This document shows, in pieces, positions 14,824-26,521 of a stretch of DNA of 50,782 bases. The stretch is from Malacoraja senta (Eukaryota): NCBI GenBank assembly GCA_038087875.1, contig JAXLNO010000517.1:310001-360782 (forward strand), in the 5' to 3' direction. A program made the position numbers and the translations under genes. The notes under the pieces were generated by a model that was not told the origin of the DNA, searched no databases, and saw nothing but the letters and a program-made list of their open reading frames with translations. Position 1 is the first letter of the stretch. Each line of letters opens with the position of its first letter.

Positions 14824-15917
14824 TGTAATGTCTGCTGTACAACCATGTTGTGACTAGCACAATGAATACGGTCTGACAACTATGACATCTTGTAAGAAGA
14901 GTTTGTTTCCAACAACTAACAGAAACTTCTCGAAGCCCACTTGACCTCAGTCATGAGTCACACGCCAACTCGCCAGCTTGTACTCCTGGCCTCAAGAGGC
15001 GCTGGCATTTACATTACATCTCCGCCTTCAAATTTATTTACATTACATCTCCCCCTTCAAATTTGAGGTCAGAATTTTTTCAATACTAATAAATGTAACC
15101 TTGATTCAATTTAATGTGGATAACAAACTATTTCCAATATTAATATTGATGACAAATACAAACGTTATATCTCATCCTTCAACTTTGGGGTTTCATTTAC
15201 GTGTACGTCCACGGCATATAAATGAAAATACAGTACTATTTACTAAAATGCAAATCTAAAGCCATTTAGATTTGGCTTCATTTAATTCAGCAGAACATTT
15301 GTACATTTTCCATGTAGTTTCCTTCAATAATATTTTGCATTCGATTTAAATTCTGCTTATGAGCTTTAATATCCACATAAAGTTTTACATTAGAATCAAT
15401 TAAGAGTGTTGCTGTTTTCCATTTTCACCTCAAAACCTAGAAACTCAAGGATTCTGTCTCGTTGCCTCTCACTACATCTGGGAGACTAGCTCCTGCATCT
15501 CGCTGCGTCTCGGCGAATCATGTCATCTGGGGGATTGGCTCCATCTGGGAGACAATTTCTTGCTTCTGGGAGACTGGCTCCTCCATCTAGGTTTCTCGCG
15601 TCTGTCTAAATGTGGCCAATCCCCGGCTTCAGAGGTCTATCCTGGGCTACAGGTCAATATCCTGGGCTACAAGTCTCTATCCTGGGCTATAGGTCTCTAT
15701 CCTGGGCTACAGGTCTATCCTGGGCTACAGGTCTATATCCTGGGCTACAGGTCTCCATCCTGGGCTACAGGTCTCTATTCTGTGCTACAGGTCTCTATCC
15801 TGGACTACAGGTCTCTATTCTGTGCTACACGTCTCTATCCTGGACTACAGGGCTCCTGGCCTCAAGAGGCGCTGGCATTTACATTACATCTCCCGCTTCA
15901 ACTTTATTTACATTCCA
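14824..15917 (-). mobile_element. Second copy of the small LTR-like insert
   Basis: Near-identical to 6454-7509; CATTACA ends at 15018 and 15047. Confidence 0.6.
15633..15849 (+). repeat. 20-bp minisatellite, ~11 units
   Basis: Same unit as 7263-7441 with more copies. Confidence 0.95.
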
Positions 15918-17689
15918 TCTCTCACTCACTCTCATTCACCCACACTCAATCTCACTCTCACTCTCCCACTAACTCTCACTCTCTCTCTCACTCACTCTCT
16001 CACTCACACTCAAATACTCACTCTTCACTCACTCACTCTTCACTCACCCACTCACTCTCACTCACTCACTCCTCACCCACTCACTCTTCACCCACTCACT
16101 TTTCACCCACTCACTCTCACTTCTTCACTCACTCACCCACTCACTCCTCTCACCCACTCACTCACGCTCTCACTCACTCTTCACTCACGCACTCACTTTT
16201 TACTCACCCTCACTCACTCTCACCCACTCACTCTCAGTCACCCACATACACACTCTCACTCACCCACACTCTCACTCACTCACCAACGCACTCACTCACT
16301 CTCACTCTTCACCCACTTACTCTTCACCCAATCACTCTCACTCACTCATTCTCTCACACCCACCCACTCACTCTCACTCACTCACTCACCCACTCACTCA
16401 CTCATTCTCTCACACCCACCCACTCACTCTCACTCACCCACTCACTCTCACTCACTCACCCACTCACTCACTCACCCACCCACTCTCACCCACTCACACT
16501 CACTCACTCTCACTCTTCACCCACTTACTCTCACTCACCCACTCACTTTCACTCACTCATTCTCTCACACCCACCCACTCTCACTCACCCACCCACTCAC
16601 ACTCACTCACCCACCCACCCATTCTCACCCACTCACTCTCACTCACTCACTTTCACTCACCCACTAACTCTCACTCACCCACTCACTTTCACTAACTCTC
16701 ACTCACTCCCACACTCACTCCCACCCACTCATTCTGACCCACTCACTTTCACTCACCCACGCACTCACTCACTCTTCACCCACTTACTCTTCACCTACTC
16801 ACTCACTCACTCTCTCACTCACTTACACTCACTCTCTCACCCACTCACTCATTCTCACTCACTCACCAACTCACTCACTCACCCACTCACACTAACTCTC
16901 ACTCACTCTCACCCATTCACACATTCTCACTCATCCTCACTCCCCCATCCACTCACTCACACTCACTTTCACCCACACACTCACTCAATGTTCACCCAGT
17001 CATTCTTCACCCACTCACTCTTCACCCACTTATTCACTCACCCACCCACTCTTCACCAACTTACTCACCTACTCACTCATGCTCTCACTCTCACTCACCC
17101 AATCACTCTCACTCACCCACTCACCTACTCACTCACTTACCCACTCATTCACTCTCTCACACTCTTCACTCACTCATGCACTCACTCTCACAATCTCACT
17201 CACTCTTCACTCACTCACCCTTCACCCACTCATTCACGCTCACTCTCACTCAATCACACTCACTCTCACTCACTCCCACTTTCACTCACTCTCACATTAA
17301 CACACTCACTCACTCTCACGCACCCACTCTCACTCTTCACTCACTCTCTCACTCACCCACTCACTCACTCACTCACATTCACATTCTCTCACTCACACTC
17401 ACTTTCACCTGCTCACTCACTATCACTCATTCACACTAACTCACTCACACTCACTCTCAATGACTCACACTATTCACTCACTCTTGTTTAATCCCACTCA
17501 CTCTCACTCAATCTTCACACTCACTCTCTCACCCACTCACACTCTCACTCACTCTTCACTCACTTACTCTCACTCACTCTCATCCATTTACTCTCACTTA
17601 CTCCCTCACTCTCTCTCTCTCACTCTTCACACACTCGCTCTTCAGATTCTTCTCTCTCTCTCCTCACACACTCGTTCTTCACTAATTCT

Positions 17690-17724
<35 letters not shown>

Positions 17725-18193
17725 TCACACACTCGCTCTTCACTAATTCTTCTCTCTCTCTCTCTCTTTCACTCTTCACTAATTTCTCTCTCTCTTTTTT
17801 TTTCTTCCTTCTCTTCCTTCATCCGGTCCACCTTAGCTGAAGCACCGGTAACTAACATGTTCATCAGACACGGACTGCCAAGAATCTTCCAAGAATCCCA
17901 GCAGCAAACACGCCTCCGACTACATAATATATCCCACCCACATAATTACAGGCAGACAACATTTAAAGGCAAATTCCATAATTGATGACACAAAAAATTA
18001 AGCCAAACGGCCACTACACTCACTCTCTCACTCACACTCTCACATCTACTCACACTCACTCACTCACTCACACTCGCTCACTCACTCTCACTCACTCACA
18101 CTCACTCACATTCACTAACACACTCACTCACACTCACTCTTTCACTGTCACACTCACTCACTCACTGTCACTCTCTCTCTCTCTCTTTCTCTG

Positions 18194-18258
<65 letters not shown>

Positions 18259-18972
18259 AACCATGTGCCTATGATCTCCAGTGAGCAAGTGTTCGAAGAA
18301 GCTCACAAACAAAGATCTGGAGTTCCTACTCTTTTTTTCCCCTCTCTTCCTTCATCCGGTCCACCTACTGCTGAAACACCAGTAACTAATATGTTCATCA
18401 GACACGGACTGCCCCGAACCACCACCTACATGAAAGTTTCAAAATCTCGGCCCTTTCTCTCAGCATTGAGTGCACTAATGTAAATAGAAAATGTATCTAC
18501 AGTATTGGACACAGATGTTAAACACAAATTGCCTGTGGTATCAGTGAAACTTTCTGTGTGTATACTTTTGTAAATAGTTTTCAATATTCCTTGTTTTTAA
18601 TTTGTTTTTTAAGAAAATAGCTATTATAAATGAATTTCATCAATTTGTTTTTTGAAATAAAGTTTTGAGAGTTTTAAGGCACAAGGCTTTGGCTGCTGTT
18701 ATTTTTCTGCTCTGACCATAACCGCTGCTCTCTGCATGTTGTTTATTTGTTGTTCTGAGTTTGGTTCCATGGTATGGATTAGGTATTGGGAGTACTGCCA
18801 TCTCTTACATATCACAGATCCAAGCACAAGCTTGATTTCCCAATAAGCTGTTCACGCACTATTTACGGTAACTCCCTTCAATAACATTATCGAGATAGAC
18901 ACAAAGTGTTGGAGTTACTCAATGGGCCGGGCAGCATATCTGGAGAAAAACAATGGGTGATTTTTTTGTTTT

Positions 18973-19787
18973 GTTTAGATATACAGCACGGAAACCGGCC
19001 CCTTCAGCCCACTGAGTCCATGCCAATTAGCGATCCCTGCACACTAATGCTATCCGACACACACTTACTTACTTAGACTTAGTTCCTCCCACACTGTTGA
19101 GTGCATTGGGCAGCAAGCTTTGGCCATTCTGTTCGGTTATGTGCGACGTCTTCCACCCTCGATAGATTAGCGTCCCGGGGCTTCCAAATCCTACCGGAAT
19201 GTTCACCTCATGTGAGTTTTGTTCGGCCTCTTTTACTTCTTCCGTCAGCTTGCCATGTCATTGCTATCTTAGGTGCACATTCTGATGACATTCTGAGTAC
19301 ATGTCCTGCAGATTTCATCCTGTGTCCCTCCATGTCCTGGATGAGAGGCTTTGTTGCAGTTTCCTGGTAGATCTCCTCGTTTGTGATGTGGTCTCTGTAG
19401 CTAGTCTTCAGGATCCTCCTCAAGCAACGTTGTTGGGATGCATCCAATTTCTTTTTCATCTTCACATTGATTTTCCATGTGTCAGTGGCACAGAGGGCTG
19501 TAGGGAGGATTGCGGACTGGACGAGTTTGACTTTTAGCATCTTGGATATCCCACCACTAGACCATGTTGGCTGCATTTGTCTGAAGACTGATGCAGCTTT
19601 ACCAATTCGGGGTAATTTATAATTTTTACCGAAGCCAATTAAAACCCTAGCGTTTGGCATGTTGGAGGAATCCGGAGCACCTGGAGAAATCCCATAAAGG
19701 TCACAGGGAGAACGTAAAACTCCATACAGACGGCACTCATAGTGTGGATCGAACCTGGGTCTCTGGCGCTGTAAGGCAGCAGCTCTA
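18973..19787 (-). mobile_element. HE1-like tRNA-derived V-SINE, split by an RTE LINE (pieces 18973-19062 and 19611-19787)
   Basis: The two pieces join into the same sequence as the intact copy at 21113-21403. A B-box-like ggttcgatcc is present on the minus strand. Confidence 0.8.
19063..19610 (-). mobile_element. 5'-truncated RTE-clade LINE 3' end
   Basis: Translation RIGKAASVF...QQRCLRRIL...ITNEEI...GHVLRM...KRGR matches the RTE ORF C-terminus. (TAAG)n tail at 19063-19081. Confidence 0.85.
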
Positions 19788-19857
19788 ACGTGGGTGACGT
19801 TTTGGGTCGGGACTCTCCTTCAGACTGAAAATAGAGGGGAGGGAATTGGAGGTAAGA

Positions 19858-20040
19858 ATAGAATAGAAACATTGAAAATAGGTGCAGGAGTAGGCCATTC
19901 GACCCTTTGAGCCAGCACCGCCATTTAATATGATCATAGCTGATCATCCAGAATCAGTACCCTGTTCCTGATTTCTCCCCATATCCCTCTTGATTCCATT
20001 AGCCCTAAGAGCTAAATCTAGCTCTCTTAAACACACCAAT
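19858..20040 (-). mobile_element. CR1 LINE 3' UTR fragment
   Basis: Same 3' end as 28861-29090 and 47020-47192 (ccgaatggcctactcctgcacctattttc). Confidence 0.85.
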
Positions 20041-20139
20041 ATAGAACAAATCAGGGCCAGCAACAGATGACCAAGGAAGGGTGGAGCCCATAATGGCCCA
20101 TTGTTGGCTGGGGAAGAGGTTATAACGAAGGGATACCAT

Positions 20140-20620
20140 TAACATTATTACCGACCCAAAACATTGCCTATCCATGTTCTCCAGAGATACTGTTCCACTC
20201 AGATATTTTGTGTAGACCAGCATCTGCAGCGGAGCAGTTTGAAGAAGGGTCTCGACCCGAAACGTCACCCATTCCTTCTATCCAGAGATGCTGTCTGACC
20301 TGCTGAGTTACTCCAGCATTTTATGTCCAGCATCAGCAGTTCTTTGTTTTCATATTCTCCCTTCTACCCATTCCTCCCCCACTCCCAATTCCTCCGTCTA
20401 CACCGCATCTGCACCCAGGATGAGGTGTTCCAGACCAGGGCATCGGAGAATTCCTCATTCTTTAGGAAACGGGGGTTCCCCTCTTCGATTATAGATGAGG
20501 CTCTCACCAGGGTCTCCTCTATATCCTGCAGTTCTGCTCTCACTCCCCATCCCCCTACTCGTAACAAGGACAGAATCCCCCTTGTCCTCACCTTCCACCC
20601 TACCAGCCGTCGCATCTGTG
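20140..20620 (+). mobile_element. Penelope-like element remnant: pseudo-LTR with hammerhead-like motif plus RT C-terminal fragment
   Basis: SQFLRLHRIC...FFRKRGFPSSII...RIPLVLTFHP resembles the PLE post-RT region. Adjacent tgaagaagggtctcgacccgaaacgtc motif. Confidence 0.75.
20236..20270 (+). ncRNA. Minimal type-I hammerhead ribozyme-like motif (core C3>U variant)
   Basis: TTGAAGA-a-GGGTC-tc-GACCC-GAAAC-GTC; matches CUGANGA/stem II/GAAA/UH except at the first base. Confidence 0.55.
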
Positions 20621-21112
20621 CCCCCACCTTCACCTCCTTTCCCCATTTTGTACCAACATTTGATACAGTAACATTTAAACGAGGTAGGAAGGAACTACAG
20701 ATGCTGGTTTACACTGAAGATAGACACAAAAAACAGCGGTTCAGACAACATCTCTGGAGAAAAAGAATATGTGACATTTTGGGTCCAGACTCTTCTTCGG
20801 ACTCAAGTCTGTTGCCATCTGTAAAACTTCTGTCATGTTTCAATGGTAGACTTCCAAAATATATTGGACATTTGGGCACAATTTCAGAAAGTGTGGTGCG
20901 TAGGTCCCGAAATGAAAGTGAGGAGCCAGGTATTTCGGGAGGCACCTTTATTTATGTCCTTCCAGATTGTAGGGAAGTCCACGAGAGAAAGATGGCACCC
21001 AAACCCTTGCCTTTAAACCTCTGGTTAAGGGACGCCTCTGGACTGAACCATTCCCGTGCCGAGGGGTTTGACAGTTAGGATGGTCCGACCCTTGGGAGCC
21101 GCCACAAAAGTT

Positions 21113-21403
21113 TAAATTAGAGATACAGTGCAGAAACAGGCCCTTCAGCCCACTGAGTCCGTGCCGACCAGTGATTACCTGCACAATAATACTATCCCAC
21201 ACACTAGGGACAATTTACTATTTTATCAAAGCCAATTAAGCTACAAACTTGTACATCTCTGGACAGTGGGAGGAAACCAGAGGCCCCGGAGAAAACCCAC
21301 TCAGTCACGGGCCGAACGTACAAACTCCGTACCAACAGGACCCGTAGTCAGAATCGAACCTGGGTCTCTAGCGCTGTGAGGTAGCAACTGTACCACTGTG
21401 CTG
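21113..21403 (-). mobile_element. HE1-like V-SINE, near full length
   Basis: tRNA-like head (ggttcgattc), V-domain (gggttttctccggg...ggtttcctcccac) and CR1-like tail (gggctgaagggcctgtttc). Confidence 0.85.
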
Positions 21404-22047
21404 CGGGACTGGAGCGACCATCCGCGGGCGGCGGCGCCGACTCCAACATCGGGAGCCTTGAGCTCCAAATCGGCGAGGCCTTGTCGATTTCAGGTGCTGC
21501 GGACGCCTGCGGGAAATCGGCCGTTCCAGCCGTAGTTGCGGCCTCCGGTGAGGGATGCGACCGTTCCAGGTGGCCCAGCTGCTGGAGGACTCTCCCGACG
21601 CCGGGGCTACATCACCCGGCGAGAACGGCCAGGATCATCGGGCCTCCGTAGAGGCAATAGCAGGGGCTTCATTTGGCCTGACTTTTTTGGGTGAACTGGG
21701 GCTGGGGACTGGACATTGTGCCTTCCCCCACAGTGGAAATCATTGTGGGGGGATGATTTTTGTATGTAATTGTTTGTAATTGTATTTGTTAGTCTGTGTT
21801 CAAGATGGCGGTCGGAGGGGAGAGTGGACGCTGGCGCGGTTTCGTTGCCGCTGCTCTCTCCTCAAATTGTGCTTCTGATTTTATTTTTTGTGTTTTTGGA
21901 AGGAATTCTGTCCCTGATTTGTGTATTGGTCTTTATAACTTTTTTTTTAAATTCTGATTATATGTTTCCTATAAATCTCTGTATGGTGTCCTTGAGACCT
22001 CGGTATAAGGCGCCCGTAAATAAAATTCATTATTATTATTATTATAG
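21404..22047 (+). mobile_element. Unclassified GC-rich retroposed repeat ending in an L2-like (TAT)n tail
   Basis: Ends gcgcccgtaaataaaattcattattattattatt; family not identified. Confidence 0.4.
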
Positions 22048-22514
22048 TTCTCTTGAATGAGCTTTCCAATTACACAAAGTGGCGTTCTCTGTTACAGGAT
22101 TCTCAGTAGGATTTGCATTATACTGCAAGGATTTCTGGCTGCCCATTGCTATGAATCCAGCTGTTTTCCTTGCTGGTTCTCGTTAGACAGATGTTTCCCA
22201 TAAATAGTCTAATGATCCAAATGAAATGGAGAAGTGAGATTCACAACAAGTCCAGAAATCAGTTTAGCATTTTGATTAATATGTTCTTTTAAACATGATT
22301 AGTCGTGGAATGTGCAACTTCTCATGTATGGTCTGTAAACTCTTCCTATATTGTGATCTAATTATGCTTCTGAACTGCTAGCCAAACATCAACATCAACA
22401 TTCCCTGTGTTCCCATTCTATTATCACTTGGTTCTCAGAATAAAAAATTTAAACTTTGGAGATTACTCCAACTTATTTTCTCTTACATCTTCAAGCTTTG
22501 CAAAACCAAATAAT

Positions 22515-22755
22515 TAGTTTAGTTGAGTGATACAGCGTGGAAACAGGTCCTTCGGCCCACCGAGTCCGCTCCAGCCAATGATCATCCTACACACTAGGGA
22601 CAATGTACAGAAGCCAATTAACCTACAAACCTCCATGTCTTTGGGATGTGGGAGGAAACCGGAGCACCCGGAGAAAACCCACGCGGTCACGGGGAGAACA
22701 TACGAACTCCGTAGAGACAGCACCCGTAGTCAGGATCGAACCAGGGTCTGTCGCA
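22515..22755 (-). mobile_element. HE1-like V-SINE
   Basis: Homologous to 21113-21403. Confidence 0.85.
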
Positions 22756-22770
22756 CCAAAGGTTCTTAAT

Positions 22771-23015
22771 GATAGACACAAAGTGCTGGAGTAACTCAGC
22801 AGGTGAGCCAGCATATCTGGAGAACATGGATAGGTGACGTTTCACAGAGTGCTGGAGTAACTCAGTGGGTCAGGCAGCATCTCTGGAGAACATGGATAGG
22901 TGACGTTTTGGATCAGGACCCTTCTTCGGACTGATTGTGGGTGGGAGGGGGTGGATTGGAAGCAAGAAAGGACCAGGACAAATCAGGACCGGCAACAGAT
23001 TACCTCAGGCAAGGA
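22771..23015 (-). mobile_element. Penelope pseudo-LTR fragments (internal ~65 bp tandem duplication)
   Basis: agtgctggagtaactcag...ctggagaacatggataggtgacgttt occurs twice; reverse complement of 20236-20330. Confidence 0.7.
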
Positions 23016-23019
23016 CAAT

Positions 23020-23178
23020 ACAGAAACACAGAAAATAGGTGCAGGAGTAGGCCATATGGCCCTTTGAGCCAGCACCGCCATTCAATATGATCATGGCTGA
23101 TCATCCAGAATCAGTACCCTGTTCCTGCTTTCTCCCCATATCCCTTCATTCTGTTAGCTCTTAGAGCTATATCTAACT
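23020..23178 (-). mobile_element. CR1 3' UTR fragment
   Basis: Matches other CR1 tails in the window. Confidence 0.8.
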
Positions 23179-23796
23179 GAAAGGCTGATTATCTGCTAGG
23201 GATGGTGTGAATCTGAGGAATATATTGTGAACTGTGGAACTAGTTAACTGACTTTTAGTGCAAGAAGGGGGTGGGAGGGTGGAGGGGGGGGAGGAGAGGA
23301 GGAAGGGGAGCATATGTAGAAGTTACCTTAACTCAGAGAATCCAATGATTACATCACTGGGTAGTGAGTTGTTCCTCCATGTTGTGTACAGCCTCAATCT
23401 GGCAAAGGAGGAGGCCCGGGACACATTTCTTAAAGGCACACACATGCCGTAGGTAGAACAATGGAAGATAGACTATATTCCTCACCAGTGTGAGGTGAAG
23501 TACTTGGTGAGGGCTATTCACGGTGGGAATGCGTAGGGAATGGTGGATTCCAACGGAGTATTGAGGAATGGGGATGTTGGAGTACGAGGATCCTTGAAAT
23601 TGGCACCATTTAAGTTGGTAAAGAAGGCATACAGGACATTTAGCTTCAATATCTGTTATCTCCACTACTGATTTTCCAGCATCCTTGGTTCCAGAGCCTT
23701 TCTGGATTATCTGTTTTGCCGGATCAACAGTGAAGAGGTTTTTTGGTGTGGGCTATCCAGTGAGTGGAAAGGCTATACATGAATCCCAGAATACAT

Positions 23797-24060
23797 ACAC
23801 CTTAGAATAAAGGGGAGGCCATTTAAGACTGTGACAACAAACTTTTTCACCCAGAGAGTTGTGAATTTGTGGAATTCCCTGCCACAGAGGGCAGTGGAGG
23901 CCAAATCACTGGATGGATTTAAGAGAGAGTTAGATAGAACTCTAGGGGCTGGTGGAATCAGGGGATATTGATTGGGGACGATCAGCCATGATCACAACGA
24001 ATGGTTAATGGCTCTAAGGGCCGAATGGCCTCCTCCTGCACCTCTTTCTATGTTTCTATG
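23797..24060 (+). mobile_element. CR1 3' end
   Basis: FFTQRVVNLWNSLP motif and (TTTCTATG)n tail. Confidence 0.85.
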
Positions 24061-24194
24061 ATAACAATCAAGCCGCTCACAGACAAAGGATAAAGGTTAT
24101 AAAGCGTTGCCTATTTCCTTCGCTCCATAGATGCCGCTGCACCCGCTGAGTTTCTCCCGCACTTTTGTCTACCATAAAGGTTATAACGTTTAGT

Positions 24195-24600
24195 GCAAGA
24201 TAAAGTGAAATAAAGTCCTATTATAAATAGTTCAAAGGTCTCCAATGAGGTAGGTGGGAGCTCATGACCGCTCTCTAGTTGGTGATAGGATGGTTCAGTT
24301 GTCTGATAACTGGGAAGAAAAGAGTCCCTGAATCTGGAGGTGTGAGTTCACACTTGTCTAATGGGAGAGGGGTGAAGAGGAAGTGAACGGGTGTGAGACT
24401 GGCCCTTGATTATGCTGCTGGCCTTGCCGAGGCAGCCTGAAGTGTAGATGGAGTCAATGGAAGGGAGGTTGGTTTGTGTGATGGTCTGGGCTACGTCCAC
24501 AACTCCCTGCAGTTTCTTGTGGTCTTGGGTGGAGCTGTTCCCAAACTCTGCTGTGATGCATCCCGATAAAATGCTTTCTACGGCGTATCTGTAGAAATTG
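24195..24600 (-). mobile_element. Rex/Babar-like LINE 3' fragment
   Basis: Minus strand encodes FYRYAVESILSGCITA-like C-terminus, homologous to the copies at 40185 and 48962. Confidence 0.65.
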
Positions 24601-25884
24601 GAGAGATGTCAGATAACCAAAGTCAGCCTCACCTGAAAATTTAATTCATTATTTACCGCGTCTTTTACTAAAATTGTTTACAATCTGAGATCTTTTTAAA
24701 AATCTAATGAGTTGATACGAGCAGGATGACGTCACAATGCCTCTGCTCCTCGCGCCCAGCTGCGCAGAGGTTTCAACGCGCAGCCTGCTGGGCTGGCCCC
24801 TCTTTTCCATGAGCTGCGGGTTACTTGGTCCAGCCCCTCCCCCCCCCCCAGGGCACTGGATTGATGCAGCAACACGGGCTCAAGTCGTGCCCCCCCCAGG
24901 GCACTGGATTGATGCAGCAACACGGGCTCAACTCCACTGGGCTCCTTGTGGTTCTACAACATGGCGGTGGTGGTCGTTATCGCAGTGTGGTCACGGGAGA
25001 GCGCGGTGGAAAAGTGGCCATGGCGACCATCACACGGGACGCCCTCTCCGTCTCCGTCTCCCCCACCCGATCGTCTGTCACGCTGCTGGGTGGATGGGTG
25101 GGTGGGCTTCCCCTCACGGAAGCCATGATCGGCCGGCTCTCTGCTGCTTTGGCAGTCCTCAGATCGCTCCGGGCCTCACTCAGGCCCAGCGCCTGGTAGC
25201 GACACTCCCGCCCCTCTGTGAGCTGCTGCCCCGCTCCCCTCCTCTTTCTCTCTCTCTCACCCCTCCTCCCTCTCTCTCTCCCCTCGTCTCTCTCTCTCCC
25301 CCCTCCCCACTCTCTCCCCTCTCTCTCCCTCCTCTCTCTCTCCCCCTCCTCTCTATCTCCCCCTCCTCTCTCTCTCTCCCCACTCCCCTCTCTCCCCCCT
25401 CCCCTCCACCCCCTCCCCACCGTACCCCTAGCCCCCTCACCCAATCCCCCTCGACTCACCGCCTCCCTCCCCTCCACCTCCTCACCCCCTCCCCTCTCTG
25501 CCTTCCCCTCCCCTACCCCCGTCCACCCCCTCCATCACTCTCCCTCCCCTCCACCCACACCCCCCTCTCCCCCCACCTCTCCCGCTCACTTGCAACTGCC
25601 CCTCCCCCTCACTTTTCCCCCTCTCTCCCCATTTCTCACCCCCTCTCTCTCCCCATCTCCCTCTCCTCCCCTCTCTCTCCCCCCAACCCACCCTCCCCCC
25701 TCTCTCACCATCCCTTTCCTCCACCCCTGCCTCCTCCCCCTCCCCTCCACCCCCTCTCCCTCTGTCTCTGCCCCTCTCTCTGTCTCTGCCCATCTCTCTG
25801 GCTCTACCCCTCTCTCTGTCTCTGCCCCCTCTCTCCCTGCCCTCACTCTCTACCCCCTCCCTCTCTAGATGTGCCTGCGATGGG

Positions 25885-26224
25885 GTTCAAAACATGGTCT
25901 CCTTTCACTGAATTTCTGCAACAACAGAATGGTTGAACACAAATTTAAAACCGATGCTCGGGATGGGTGAGCGGAGGTGGAAGGATAATAATGTATATCT
26001 CCATCTTCCGTTTCCTTGTTTCTCTTCTTTCTCGCACTTCTTTGGTAGTTTAGGGGTCTTTTCTCTCCTTTATTTTTCTTATTTTTCTCCATTCTTTCCT
26101 TTTTTCTCTTTTTTTTGATTCAGGCATTAATGTTAAAAATGAAACTGTATGAAAATTGTATAACTGTCATGTTGATTGCTTTATTCTTGTACAATTGTTT
26201 CTAATAAAATAAATTTTAAAAAAA
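25885..26224 (+). mobile_element. L1-like 3' end fragment
   Basis: FKTWSPFTEFL* C-terminus, T-rich UTR, aataaa and A-rich tail; resembles 34230-34614. Confidence 0.7.
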
Positions 26225-26235
26225 CCTAATATTAA

Positions 26236-26430
26236 GGGGGGTAGTTAGTGTGTGTGTGCGGGGTTAGTTAGTGTGTGTGTGCGGGGGATGGTTAGCGTGT
26301 GTGTGAGGGGGATAGTTAGTGTGTGTGTGTGCGGGGGTTAGTTAGTGTGTGTGTGTGTGGGGGGGATGGTTAGTGTGTGTGTGTGGGGGATGGTTAGTGT
26401 GTGGGGGTAGTTAGTGTGTGTGTGTGTGTC
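26236..26430 (+). repeat. Minisatellite (ggggttagttagtgtgtgtgtgc-like)
   Basis: Read directly from sequence. Confidence 0.9.
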
Positions 26431-26521
26431 ACCGCATGCCTTCCCACCCCCAACCACACCCCCCCCCCCCCCGCAACCGCGCGTTGAAGGTACGGGACCC
26501 AACGGGTCCCCCACTGTCTAG

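Larger units (their letters stand above)
8381..16915 (+). repeat. Tandem macro-repeat unit copy 2
   Basis: Colinear with copy 1. Similarity ends near 16915, where copy 1 reads acccatcgctgataa and this copy reads acccattcac. Confidence 0.9.
75..18255. repeat. Degenerate (CACT/CT/CA)n low-complexity satellite field, interrupted by unique islands
   Basis: Near-continuous ctcactca/cactct motifs with very few G on the + strand. All ORFs here are H/S/L/T-rich translations of the repeat. Confidence 0.97.
24661..26521 (+). mobile_element. Non-autonomous Helitron (3' end firm, 5' end tentative)
   Basis: Hairpin gggaccc-aac-gggtccc (26494-26510), then 7 nt, then CTAG|T. Internal micro/minisatellites. 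Possible 5' end TCTTTTACTAAAA at 24661. Confidence 0.65.

Noticed and set aside
23..18260. Dozens of long His/Ser/Leu/Thr-rich ORFs (up to 643 aa)
   Set aside because: A G-poor strand rarely forms TGA or TAG, so several overlapping frames stay open; these are repeat artefacts
24737..25936. 399-aa Pro/Ser-rich ORF
   Set aside because: Runs through a C-rich low-complexity tract into an L1 tail; not a gene
26236..26430. Telomere-like ggttag motifs
   Set aside because: Not TTAGGG arrays; part of a Helitron-internal minisatellite
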